Shown here in pieces: positions 49,601-58,427 of a stretch of DNA of 64,000 bases. Position 1 is the stretch's first letter. Each line of letters opens with the position of its first letter. Origin of the DNA: a virus (lineage: Duplodnaviria; Caudoviricetes); the IMG/VR virus record IMGVR_UViG_2562617147_000003, positions 1 to 64,000 of that record. One strand, written 5' to 3'. The position numbers and the translations under genes are program-made. The notes under the pieces were generated by a model that had not been told where the DNA came from, searched no databases, and saw only the letters and a list, made by a program, of their open reading frames with translations.

Positions 49601-51574
49601 TACGGCAAAAATCTCATGCTCAAGGACGCTGTCGGCAGGCCCGTGGAATTGCCGCCCAGCCTGCACCGGGCCTACGGCAAAAAACACTGGACGGCGGACA
49701 TGGTCCTGGCCCTGGCCCTCAATTGCGGCAACCGGTCCAATATGGCCCGCCTCGCCAGAGGGTATCCGGATCTGAACTATGAAACCCTGGAGACGCTGCT
49801 GGGCGATCAGACGGCCGCACGCATCTTCAATGCCGCCAGAGGACAGGACGCCGCCCCCACTCGCTCCGGCGGCAACCGTCCCGGCCTGCTCAGCCTGGAC
49901 GACTGGCGGGCCGTGCAGGGCATCTGGGATGCTCTGGCCACCCAGTGGGCCGACACCCAGGCCGTGCACGAGCGCATGTTCGGCTTCAAGCCCCAGGGCG
50001 TGGAGCCGCGGCCCCTTGTCCTCACGGACCTGACCGGCAACGCCGTCACCCTGCCCGGCGGCTACTACCCCGTGCGCTATGATCCCAACGTCTCCGACCG
50101 CGTGGCGGCCTGGAATGAAAAGGAAGACCTCATGGCCCGCAACGAGGCCATGTTCTCTGTTCCGGCCGCCAGGCGCGGCTATACCCAGGCCCGCACCGAG
50201 CGCGCGCCGGTCCTGCCCCTGCGCCTGGATACCGGCATCATCATGGAACACATCAACGACGCCGTGCGCTTCATTGAATTGGGCGAGATCGTGCGCCGGG
50301 CGGACCGGGTCACCCAGAATCCCGCCTTCCGTGTGGAGTATGCCCGCGTCTACGGCCGGAGGGATTACGACGCCATCCGGCCCAACCTGCGCGGTCTGGT
50401 GCGGCAGGAGCCGCCGCCCAAAAGCGACTGGGTGGTCTCCGTCGCCAATGCCATGAGAAAATACCTTGTGCCCTGGGGCCTGGCCTGGAATCTCAAGGTG
50501 GCCGCCCTGCAAATGACCGCCGTTTTCCCGGCCATGGGCGATCTGGGCGCGCGGCCCGTGCTGCGCGCCATGGGGCATATGTCCCGTCACGGCCTCTCGA
50601 CCATGCGCCGGATCTGGGAGGTCAGTCCCTATATGAAGTCCCGCATGGACAATATCGACCAGGACCTCCGGCGCCATATGGCCAATTTCAATCCGGCCCG
50701 GCGTCCCAAATCCGTCCGCATCGGCAAACGGGAGATTGCCTGGGAAGATCTGGTCAACGCGGGCATGCTGCCCATCGTGGGCGTGGATATGGCCGCCACC
50801 GGCGCGGTCTGGCTGGCCGCCTACGCCAAAAAGCTCTCCCAACTGCAAGGGGAGGCCGCAAACTACGGCATCAGTACCGACAGCGAGTTCCACCGGCAGG
50901 CCGTGGACTTTGCCGACTCCATGGTCAAGCAGTCCAATCCGGACTATGACCCCTCGTCCCGCAGCGGCTTTCTGCGCGCCCAGAACGGCTATCGCCTCGT
51001 CAACGCCTTCGCCGGCGCCGTCACGCTCTTTGCCGCCCGCCACAAGTACATGTATACCGCCCATGCCAAGGGCAAAATCAGCCTGGGCCGCCTGGCCAGG
51101 TTCGAGCTGTACGACACCATTCTGCCCGCCGCCGGCATGTTCCTTTTCCTGGCCCTGGTGCGCGGCTACGCCGGTGACGACGACAATGAGGAACTGACCA
51201 GGCTCGCCATGTCTTCGCTCTGCGACTTCGGCTCCCAGCGCATCCCCATTTTCGGCAGCAACGTGGGGGACGGTCTCATGTCCCTCATGGGCATGGGCGA
51301 AGGCAGCCAGAAACGGGGCGGCGTGCGCACCACGCTGGATACGCCCGTGCAGCTCTGGAGCGTGGCCACCGGCAGGGCGGGCCGCGCCCTGCATGAGGGC
51401 GTCACCAACGACGAGCAGGCCAGGCAACTTGTCTACGCCGCGGCCGACATCGCCAGCTTCCTGGCCAGGGTGCCCGTCTCCAAGCCCGCCTGCAATGCCG
51501 AGCGCGGCTGGGACCAGTGGCAGCGCGGCAAGGGCACGCCCCTTTCCGTGCTTATGCCCCGGCCGGGGAGGTAG
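46646..51574 (+). CDS. giant polyvalent/ejection protein (LPD3-like N-terminus), 5' end uncertain
   Basis: 1642 aa; EIRFTKAG...ADGNKFYNL; ANLSTIPHESAH; GYYPVRYD; frame open upstream to 46388. Confidence 0.75.
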   Translation: MPEGAPSREYQKAARELYRKLQKTPAQREDLGEIRFTKAGWSEAARTGADPRKWRLFPKLKEIIEGAAYIERHELRKQRKDNIIAFHWLETDVALGGENLRVGVQIAEDADGNKFYNLNQDLEGWSQKYEAPGADPALSDAGPQELRQNATAPVENRIVPDADSVNLHILPQEGGQGGPVVRGSVTLSPESAAARIFKEANLSTIPHESAHIFLDDLMRVAADDGSIALGNMRRSLADALKGEAPAVRRTVDALLADAAKSPAYKRIAALRTAVAELRANARDARAASRAHAAAVEELQRRAREKGETFQPGQTPPWFGHQAARILSRDHASANARAANIVSRAVGHLHALDQARADLRALRQWAQVPVEGELAQGSEEWTKFHETVALGFEQYLREGRAPSRKLEAAFARLRSWLLKVYGQARDILGLPVSDDVRRVFDRMLATDAQIRRTRGMRNVLAAESDFMGSGQLRHDEWDELNAMRGQAEREVQAAMDRATLRERNMRYKEYYAEALAGLDASPFWQMVGDLSARTRTPEGQSLGGLDRAGVARLIGEEQTAELSRARHGIINARGNGSPVDMAAMEQGYEDADALVHDLYDALVVRGESKKKLAVALAEQRLAEDDRAAEADALLHGGESYAAYLDKVDEVVLRIAARKGYRGVEEQDRFVRNSITPRSVVRNQAFQMLHNSPLRDITPERYQAMLDKALRDRSRALVDGDVMAAVRAVDNARVANELIWSSRDQLRRSDELLELAARTAAAKPGTFPTIHREALRKLLERYGLAHMRGLPDQTLGASSLRELVEKTLPGDDVAGILPSFADWLLDGVNPDTGAALQNGRQSWRDLTPAQLQEVENLLHYLRHVGYDARTDARNSEAARVELTANQAAARMRPLKEMPNAPADSLRRKAQDAARGLYSAVDALRWEFRKADGFSNVPGEGEAGPMETMLDQILGGEQRVRERVEAVNQAMAPHLVHLADSVRQWEKRYGKNLMLKDAVGRPVELPPSLHRAYGKKHWTADMVLALALNCGNRSNMARLARGYPDLNYETLETLLGDQTAARIFNAARGQDAAPTRSGGNRPGLLSLDDWRAVQGIWDALATQWADTQAVHERMFGFKPQGVEPRPLVLTDLTGNAVTLPGGYYPVRYDPNVSDRVAAWNEKEDLMARNEAMFSVPAARRGYTQARTERAPVLPLRLDTGIIMEHINDAVRFIELGEIVRRADRVTQNPAFRVEYARVYGRRDYDAIRPNLRGLVRQEPPPKSDWVVSVANAMRKYLVPWGLAWNLKVAALQMTAVFPAMGDLGARPVLRAMGHMSRHGLSTMRRIWEVSPYMKSRMDNIDQDLRRHMANFNPARRPKSVRIGKREIAWEDLVNAGMLPIVGVDMAATGAVWLAAYAKKLSQLQGEAANYGISTDSEFHRQAVDFADSMVKQSNPDYDPSSRSGFLRAQNGYRLVNAFAGAVTLFAARHKYMYTAHAKGKISLGRLARFELYDTILPAAGMFLFLALVRGYAGDDDNEELTRLAMSSLCDFGSQRIPIFGSNVGDGLMSLMGMGEGSQKRGGVRTTLDTPVQLWSVATGRAGRALHEGVTNDEQARQLVYAAADIASFLARVPVSKPACNAERGWDQWQRGKGTPLSVLMPRPGR

Positions 51575-51579
51575 CACCA

Positions 51580-51648
51580 ACAACAAACATAGCCCCGGCG
51601 GAGAATTCTCCGTCAGGGCTATGTTTGTGAAGCACGTTAACTGCTCTA
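51580..51648. terminator. hairpin / half-MITE between convergent genes
   Basis: ACAAACATAGCCC...GGGCTATGTTTGT stem followed by TGCTCTAA. Confidence 0.55.
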
Positions 51649-51654
51649 AAAACG

Positions 51655-52089
51655 CTAGGATTTGGGAACGGACTTGTCCAGCAGCTTGTTTCTACAGGAG
51701 GAAACTTTGCCGCTATCAAGCATCCAGCGGAAGTAGGCGTAACAATCGCTTTTCGCGCCTTCTTTGCGCAGCATCTCCGCGTCGTTCATCCATACGAAGA
51801 AGACTTCTTTATCCGTGCTGAAAAATTTGAAAAACATGCGGTAACGAGAGGGCAACAGGCGTTTTATCCTGCGCCAGTCCCGGTGCTCGGTCCCAAGGGT
51901 ATTCCCGAGCAGATATTCCGGGTGGGTGGGATCCTGACGCGCTTTTTCCATCCCTCTCACAGCGCCGACATAAAGCTGTATGTCAGGGTGATTGCGCAGA
52001 TTCTGATTTTCCCGGCGCAGCCGTTCGATGTTCCGTTCGAGCTGCTTCAAGCGGCTGTCAAGGTGGCGGGTAATATATGCGGCCCACAT
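51655..52089 (-). CDS. YhaV-family RelE-like RNase toxin
   Basis: DP..EYLLGNTLG..HRDWRR...RYRMFFKF...VWMND..LRKEG..SD.Y..F..ML. Confidence 0.85.
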   Translation of the reverse strand: MWAAYITRHLDSRLKQLERNIERLRRENQNLRNHPDIQLYVGAVRGMEKARQDPTHPEYLLGNTLGTEHRDWRRIKRLLPSRYRMFFKFFSTDKEVFFVWMNDAEMLRKEGAKSDCYAYFRWMLDSGKVSSCRNKLLDKSVPKS

Positions 52090-52094
52090 ATCGG

Positions 52095-52721
52095 CTAGTC
52101 CACGTACTGGGAAAGTTCGTCGGCAAACTTTTTCATTTCAGCCCACCGCTCGTCGCTTATTTTTGATGCCGTGCGCAGGTCATCTCCCGGCAAGGCTGCC
52201 TGCAGTCCGGCAACGGCTTTCTCATCGTTCTCGCCGTCAATGCTCAAAAGTGCTGCGGCTTGGGACAGCACAGGGCTGAAAATCCCCATTTGGGCGGCCG
52301 CATGTATGATGTCCGCCGCCGCATCCATATCGCCGATATCGACCGCGGTAACGATAAGGCTGTCGATGAATATCCAATCGTTCTGCTGTTTGCAGAGAGC
52401 CAGGCTTTCGCGGATTTCCTGGGATGCTTTTTCCGGATATCCGTGATTGGCGAGTAAAACCGCGTAATTGGCATGCACATCAAGGGAATTCGGCGCGATT
52501 TGAAGGGCTTCCTCAAAGCAGCGCATGACCGAAGCGGCATCCCCGTCAACGGACGCCAGCAGAGCCTGTAAAATAAGCGCGCATACGGGATCATGTCCCA
52601 TACCGGCGTCGATAGCCCTTGTGATTTCATAGCGGTCAATATCGCCCAAGCGCCTGCCGTCCTTGATCACGGTATTGAGCTTGGCGACATATTCGTTGAT
52701 CTTAAGCGCGGGAACCGGCAT
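52095..52721 (-). CDS. TPR-like helical protein
   Basis: FEEALQIAPNSLDVHANYAVLLANHG TPR-like motif; 5 nt upstream of the YhaV-like gene. Confidence 0.7.
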   Translation of the reverse strand: MPVPALKINEYVAKLNTVIKDGRRLGDIDRYEITRAIDAGMGHDPVCALILQALLASVDGDAASVMRCFEEALQIAPNSLDVHANYAVLLANHGYPEKASQEIRESLALCKQQNDWIFIDSLIVTAVDIGDMDAAADIIHAAAQMGIFSPVLSQAAALLSIDGENDEKAVAGLQAALPGDDLRTASKISDERWAEMKKFADELSQYVD

Positions 52722-52906
52722 TGCATACCTCTCTGGCCCGGAGGATACTGTGAGGGCAGATGAAGCTCAATGAATTTTATTTTGCCCTCTGAAGCGAAGG
52801 CACGCTATGCCGCTGGCTTTCTGGCCCGCGTCCAAGCAGGCCTGCAACGCAGCGAGGGGACTCCACAATCTGTGGCTATACCGAGATGGAAAGGTAAAAT
52901 AGAAAA

Positions 52907-53677
52907 CTATGAAACAGCTCTACATAAATTTTGTCGAGCTCTCGGGGGAATTTGAATTTGTTCTCTTTTAAAAATAACAGAGCGTAAATCTTGTAAAAAA
53001 TTATTTACACTTGGCATGGATACCCGCAAAGGGTCTATCTGACCTCTATTGATAAGCTCACATAGTGTTCTTGCTGAGTAGTCACCAATAACTTCTCTCA
53101 AAATTGCTTTTGCATAATGTGGACTCGTATCGCTCCCAGATAATTGAGTCTCTAATCTTGCACACTTTTGCGTTTGATAATTCTCTTTTAAGGCACATAT
53201 TAACCATGCTTCAGAAGTTGGACATGGAACAATAGGACAAATATGAAAAATATTACTGTCTTGCGAAAAACAGGATGCTGTTTTTATTGAATTCCGAATT
53301 TCTGTATTTCGTCTAGTATCATGAGAGCGATTATCAGTATCGCGGAATAAGATAGGAAGTACATCATCACTCTGCTGCTGAGAGAGCGATAATGCCGCCG
53401 CCATTAAAGCGCGCGTCCTCTTTCTCCCTTCAGCGGAGTCATTTTCTCTTCCACTTGAAATTGCCATAGGCACAAGTCGCCTAGATATACCAGCAATATA
53501 AGTTCTAGGGGCAAACCAAAATTGTCCAACTGTTAGGGTAGATTCTATATGGGCTTGAATAAATTTTTCAATAAACAGTGTAATCGGACCAAGAGTCCAG
53601 CTACCAGGCGGGCATAAATCAGTGGAAGTCGCACATCCAATGTCTGTTGGCCCTTCTCCTGTAACCAAGACTAACAT
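52907..53677 (-). CDS. TOPRIM-like protein (DUF4276/RloB-like)
   Basis: VTGEGPTD, FRDTD and P..EAWL motifs; TAATG coupling to the ATPase. Confidence 0.7.
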   Translation of the reverse strand: MLVLVTGEGPTDIGCATSTDLCPPGSWTLGPITLFIEKFIQAHIESTLTVGQFWFAPRTYIAGISRRLVPMAISSGRENDSAEGRKRTRALMAAALSLSQQQSDDVLPILFRDTDNRSHDTRRNTEIRNSIKTASCFSQDSNIFHICPIVPCPTSEAWLICALKENYQTQKCARLETQLSGSDTSPHYAKAILREVIGDYSARTLCELINRGQIDPLRVSMPSVNNFLQDLRSVIFKREQIQIPPRARQNLCRAVS

Positions 53678-54831
53678 TATTCTAGCCCTTTTTCTTCAAG
53701 CGCGCTAATCTCTTTAGAAATTTCAGTTGAACTGGAATCAAGAAAAGCCTCTCCAGGTCCTAAAAAATCAAGTTTCTCATTGATGCCTGGAAGAGAGAAG
53801 AATTTAACTGCTCCTGAATTTCCAGCTTCCTTTCTATACATGAGAATCACAGAATCCCGTGCGATCTTCTCATCAATATAATTAAGAATAACAGGATTAT
53901 GTGTTGTTATAAGTATTTGTTTGTTACAATCCATAATAAAATCTATAAGCTTTTTCATTACCTCAGGGTTAAGCCCATTTTCAATTTCATCAAAGATAAT
54001 AAATGTATCAAGTGTTTCAATTTCTGTAAGAAAGGCAAGTATCCTTAATAACCCATCGCAGGTGTGTGTAGCCGATACTCTAATAATTCCAGATTCAGAC
54101 TCTTCAGTAAATTCAATATCTGTCCAGCCAGCTCTCCGGGTTATTGCACGTGCCGAATGGAACCATGGGTAAATATCTTTTAGTCTAGAATTAATTTTAT
54201 CTTTTTGTGCTGATGAAAGGCCAGAAAAGACACCTGCAACACGTTCTCCTCCACGCCCAATACCTCCAGAGGTACGCCGAGATCTGGCTCGAAGCTGTAA
54301 GGAATTGAGTGTGTCAAAAGAATGCATTCCTCTTATATACGAGGAAAATTTATTAGCTGTATTCCCATTTTTGATAAAATTTTGTTTTAAATGAGCTAAG
54401 ATAGATCCTTCGAATTCATTTACAATTGGATATATGTTATTATTACAAGTAACTTTTCCTTCAGAAACACTGAGAATGTGTTCACCATCAATCAGCATTT
54501 TTTCTGTTATACATCTTCTGAGTATTGTATTGTATGATGCTTCCCATGAAATGTGTTTTTTATCAAAACAACCTTCTAATTTAAGTGAGATCGTGCGCAT
54601 TTTTTTTGATGACATAATATCAAGCGGATTCCAGCCTCGACTATTAAACCAGCTTGTGAGATTTCCCCGAAAAATTGCGCCAATGAAATCAAGGCACTGG
54701 AGTACAGTGGATTTTCCGCTACCATTATTACCAATTAAAAAAAGTATATTCCCATCTTTTGGAAAAGGAAGTGAAAAATCATTCAGCGATTTAAATTTAT
54801 CAATATGAAGAGCGGTAATTCTGTCCATCAT
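53677..54831 (-). CDS. ABC-type ATPase (AAA_15/AAA_21)
   Basis: FKS, GNNGSGKST, CDG signature variant, FDEIENGLNP, ITTHNP. Confidence 0.9.
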   Translation of the reverse strand: MMDRITALHIDKFKSLNDFSLPFPKDGNILFLIGNNGSGKSTVLQCLDFIGAIFRGNLTSWFNSRGWNPLDIMSSKKMRTISLKLEGCFDKKHISWEASYNTILRRCITEKMLIDGEHILSVSEGKVTCNNNIYPIVNEFEGSILAHLKQNFIKNGNTANKFSSYIRGMHSFDTLNSLQLRARSRRTSGGIGRGGERVAGVFSGLSSAQKDKINSRLKDIYPWFHSARAITRRAGWTDIEFTEESESGIIRVSATHTCDGLLRILAFLTEIETLDTFIIFDEIENGLNPEVMKKLIDFIMDCNKQILITTHNPVILNYIDEKIARDSVILMYRKEAGNSGAVKFFSLPGINEKLDFLGPGEAFLDSSSTEISKEISALEEKGLE

Positions 54832-55259
54832 AGTTTAGCCAGTGTTTAAAATAGCTGAATGGGTCTAAAAGATGACCAGTATGAAGCTGGATTTGCCTCC
54901 GGTAGGCATTGGGCGGGTCAGGTGAAAATGCCTCTTGGCATGGGCTCCCTAACGTCAGCTACGAAGTGCAATTTATTACTGGAGAGCTACGAAAACTTTA
55001 TAATCCATACCATGTGATGCATTCAAAGCCAAGCTATTTTCCCCCAGAGGACGCGACGAAAAACCTCTGCCGCTCCTACGTGTCTCCTGCGTACCAAGAC
55101 TTAGGGCCTCCGCTCTGGTCCATTCCGTCGCCTCACACTGCCGCAAATAAGCTCGCCCCATGCATCACCGGTGACATGCTCATTCCGCAGCGCTCGGCCC
55201 TATCTCTGTCGGTGCACGGCGCACCCGGCTCAACACTCACAGACCTGCCCATGGCAAGC

Positions 55260-55829
55260 TCAATTCAGCAACCCGCGCACTGTGTCGCCATAAACATCTA
55301 CCTGCGCGTCCGGCACGGCCTCCCGCACGACGCCGGGCCTGTTCAGAAGCGCGCTGATCACCACTCCGGCGCAAAGCAGCAGCATGACCAGCGCAAACAC
55401 CCCCAGCACGGTCTTGTAATACGGCTTCGCGGGCGCTTCGCTCCTGACGCCCCGCGCCATGCGGCGCAGCAGCCGCCACAACAGATGCAGCCCACCCAGC
55501 GCCGCCAGAGGGGCCGCGGCGCAGAGCGCCAGAAAAAGGGGAAAGTTTCTGAACGCGTGAAATTCCCGCCCGAACACCTTGGCAATCATTTTAAAAAAAG
55601 CTGTCAGGGTTTGGTCAATCTTTTCATCCAGGGGAAGACGGTCATAGGGGATGGCGCGTAGGTCTTCCGCCGGCGTGATTTCGCAGTCAAAATTCATGGA
55701 ATACTTTTTATTTATTCTGGCGCACTCAGCCGGGTCGGGCTTCCGTCTGGCCTCAATGGTATACGAAAAGTCCGGGGCCGGGCCATATGCGCTCGTTTCA
55801 GTGCCCACATACGGCCTGTGGCTGTTCAT
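55260..55829 (-). CDS. hypothetical membrane protein
   Basis: Two hydrophobic segments; its start region abuts the degenerate integrase 3' end. Confidence 0.5.
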   Translation of the reverse strand: MNSHRPYVGTETSAYGPAPDFSYTIEARRKPDPAECARINKKYSMNFDCEITPAEDLRAIPYDRLPLDEKIDQTLTAFFKMIAKVFGREFHAFRNFPLFLALCAAAPLAALGGLHLLWRLLRRMARGVRSEAPAKPYYKTVLGVFALVMLLLCAGVVISALLNRPGVVREAVPDAQVDVYGDTVRGLLN

Positions 55830-57017
55830 AAAGAGAAAAATGAAGAACCCGCCCATTACTGCATCATGCGGCGGCGCTCATCCAGATATAGGGCATGGTT
55901 ATATGCGCGCCGCACACTGTCGCGTTCCCCCGTGGGCGAGTTGTGCCTCGATAATGTCCGACCTGTACCCTTGTTCGTTGAGCAGAGTAGAAGCCATGCT
56001 CCGGAAACCATGAATTGTCATCTCCCCCTTAGTGTAGCCCATACGCCGCAGCGCATTGAGCAGGCCCATATTCGACATGCAACGGGTCATGGTGAAGGGG
56101 GAGGGAAACAGCAGCAGGGATCGCCCCGAATATTCGCGTAGGGATTCAAGCAGTTCTAATACTTGCCGGGCCAGCGGCACAATATGGGGGCGGCGCATCT
56201 TCATGCGCCCGGCGGGGATGAGCCACTCAGCCCTGGCAATGTCTATCTCTGCCCACGCGGCCCCGCGCAACTCAACGGAGCGGACGAAAAGGTAGGGGAG
56301 GGTTTGCAACGCATGGCGGGTTACAGGGTCGCCCTGATAGCCGTCGATGGCTTGGAGCAGCCGTCCTATGGCTGCCGGGTCGGTTATCGTTGCGTGGTGC
56401 CTGTCTTTGGGGATTGGGGGCAAAGCTTCGTGCAGGCCCGCCGCAACGTCGAATTTTGCATATCCGACAATCCGAGCATATCTGCAAATTTTCCCCATAA
56501 GTTGGGTCAACCTATGAGACATTTCAACAGCACCCCGGCTCTGTGTGTGCCGGACCGCTTCAAGGATATGAGCAGGCTCCAGGGTTGCAAAGGGGATGCT
56601 TCCAATGAACGGGAAGATATGATTTTCCAACCGTGAGAGCAGTTGTTTTTTATAGCCCTCGGTCAATTGTGTTGTCTTTGTCGCAAACCACTCGCGCGCC
56701 ACGGTTTCAAATGTCCTGGTTTTTTCTTCCGCAATGACAACGGCGGCGGCTTTGACTTCCTTTTTGTGCTCGCTAGGGTCTACGCCGTGGGCCAGCAAGG
56801 TTCGCGCCTCATCCCGCCGCTTGCGGGCCTCTTTCAAAGAAATGTCTGGATACACGCCTAGGGCCAACGTTTTTTGCTTGCCGCCGAAGCGATATGCCAA
56901 GCGCCAATACTTCCCGCCCTTGGCGTAGACATGGATATAACGCCCGCCGCCGTCCGCCTTTTTCAGTGTGCGGCCCGTGGCCTTCAATCCCCTCAACAGC
57001 GTGTCTGACAGTGCCAT
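55830..57017 (-). pseudogene. P4-like integrase with arm domain, frameshifted before the catalytic Tyr
   Basis: DGGG..YRFGGKQKTLALGVYP; R..E, HGFR, LAH motifs; extra G at 55927-31 diverts the frame from ...VRRAYNH...; in-frame TAA at 55856-58. Confidence 0.85.
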
Positions 57018-57196
57018 ATCGCCCTTGTTGGTACATTGATGGTTGGTATGTGCGGCTTCCGTTTTATGCCAACACAGGTACCAACGAAAAGGCGGCTGTC
57101 AACGTACTTAGGCGGAAGCAGGCGAACCCTTAAAAAGCGAAAATCCGCTCAGCACAAAGGCTTTGCGGACTTTCATGAACTCTTATGAACCTTGTT

Positions 57197-57261
57197 TGGC
57201 GGGGACGCATAGGAGTCGAACCTACCGCAGACCGTAAAGCCTGCCACCGGTTTTGAAGACC
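57197..57261 (-). tRNA. selC: 3' 65 nt of tRNA-Sec (selC fragment, att site)
   Basis: GGTCTTCAAAACC (UCA anticodon), long variable arm, GGTTCGACTCC, CGCCA end; D-arm and 5' acceptor strand absent. Confidence 0.85.
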
Positions 57262-57333
57262 TATCACCCCGCAGCATAAAGGAAGACTTGTTTTTTCCGT
57301 ACACCTCCAGAGGAAAAACCTTTTGGAGGCGTT

Positions 57334-58197
57334 ATGCTTACGTTAGATGAAGCCTGGAACAGCTATCTTGCGACCCGCCACCTGACCCCATACGGGTATT
57401 TGACGGATATGAGCCGTTACCGTGTCCATCTGCAAACTTATTGGCACGGAAAAACTCTAACGTCAATAAAAACCCTGGATATTCAATTTTATACAAACCA
57501 CCTGTTTGAGAAAGGACTTTCTCCGCAAACCGTCAGGCTATGCCTTGGCCAGTTGCGGCGCATCATGCGTCGCGCTCATCGGTTAGGGCTACTGGAAGGC
57601 CAACTGCCATATTTTGAAATGCCCCCAGCCGACAGCGTGCGTTACCGTTATCTTGAGCCGGAGGAGGCCACTAGTCTTTTGCAGGTGTTACGCAATCTCT
57701 CTCAGCTTTGGCATGACATAGCCTTGCTTTCTCTTAATACAGGAATGCGGGCGAGTGAGATTTTTTCTTTGCGTGGAGCCAATATAAATGTTCCACAAGA
57801 GAATATTATTTTGCATAAAACAAAAAATCTCAAGCAGCGTATTGTTCCATTGAATAGTCCATCCCTAAACATTGTAAAAAAATATCATAGAAAAAATGCA
57901 GAGCTTCTTTTTCATCAGGAAGAAAGCTCTAATAAGCAATTTGTAAAAATATCAAAAAAATTCAGAAGAGCAGTTGAGATAAGCGGATTAAATGAAGGCA
58001 TTATAGATAATCGTTATCGTGTTGTTTTTCATACTCTACGTCATACATTTGCAAGTTGGCTTGTGCAGCGTGGAGTATCATTGCAGGTTGTCAGCAATCT
58101 TTTAGGACACAGCTCTGTTCGCGTAACTGAACGCTATGCGCATCTTGCGCCGGATCAAGGCCGAAATGCTCTTAAATTTTTGCCTTGTATTTCATAG
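57334..58197 (+). CDS. tyrosine recombinase (Rci/HP1-like)
   Basis: TGMRASE, TKNLKQRIVPL, HTLRHTFASW, LGH...YAH; all catalytic residues present. Confidence 0.92.
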   Translation: MLTLDEAWNSYLATRHLTPYGYLTDMSRYRVHLQTYWHGKTLTSIKTLDIQFYTNHLFEKGLSPQTVRLCLGQLRRIMRRAHRLGLLEGQLPYFEMPPADSVRYRYLEPEEATSLLQVLRNLSQLWHDIALLSLNTGMRASEIFSLRGANINVPQENIILHKTKNLKQRIVPLNSPSLNIVKKYHRKNAELLFHQEESSNKQFVKISKKFRRAVEISGLNEGIIDNRYRVVFHTLRHTFASWLVQRGVSLQVVSNLLGHSSVRVTERYAHLAPDQGRNALKFLPCIS

Positions 58198-58319
58198 TAT
58201 TACATATCATCAATGCAAAAAATCGCAACCTTCTGCAACTTTCTGCAATTGTGCTGACAGCTTTTGCGGAAATTTGTTAATAGTTGCAAAGATAATCAAT
58301 GCAGAAGAAGACAGGACAG

Positions 58320-58365
58320 GTAAAGTAACGTCACTTTTCAAGTGACGACTTTACGTCCTGCCCCC
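58320..58365 (+). promoter_or_regulatory. IncP/R64-type oriT
   Basis: Inverted repeat GTAAAGT..CGTCACTT-TTC-AAGTGACG-ACTTTAC followed by GTCCTG^CCC, close to the YATCCTG^Y nic consensus; MOBP relaxase downstream. Confidence 0.7.
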
Positions 58366-58427
58366 TCAACGCCGGGGGTGGCTTGCTTATTCGCCTTCGG
58401 CTCAACGCTAAAAACAGGGAGAAAATC

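Noticed and set aside
47057-51586. 1509-aa minus-strand ORF, and similar long antisense ORFs at 8095-9696, 21708-23474 and 34386-36647
   Set aside because: Shadow frames of GC-rich genes with recognisable motifs on the other strand; no motifs of their own.
57197-57261. Intact tRNA-Sec gene
   Set aside because: The D-arm and 5' acceptor strand are missing; the upstream sequence cannot pair with the 3' acceptor strand.
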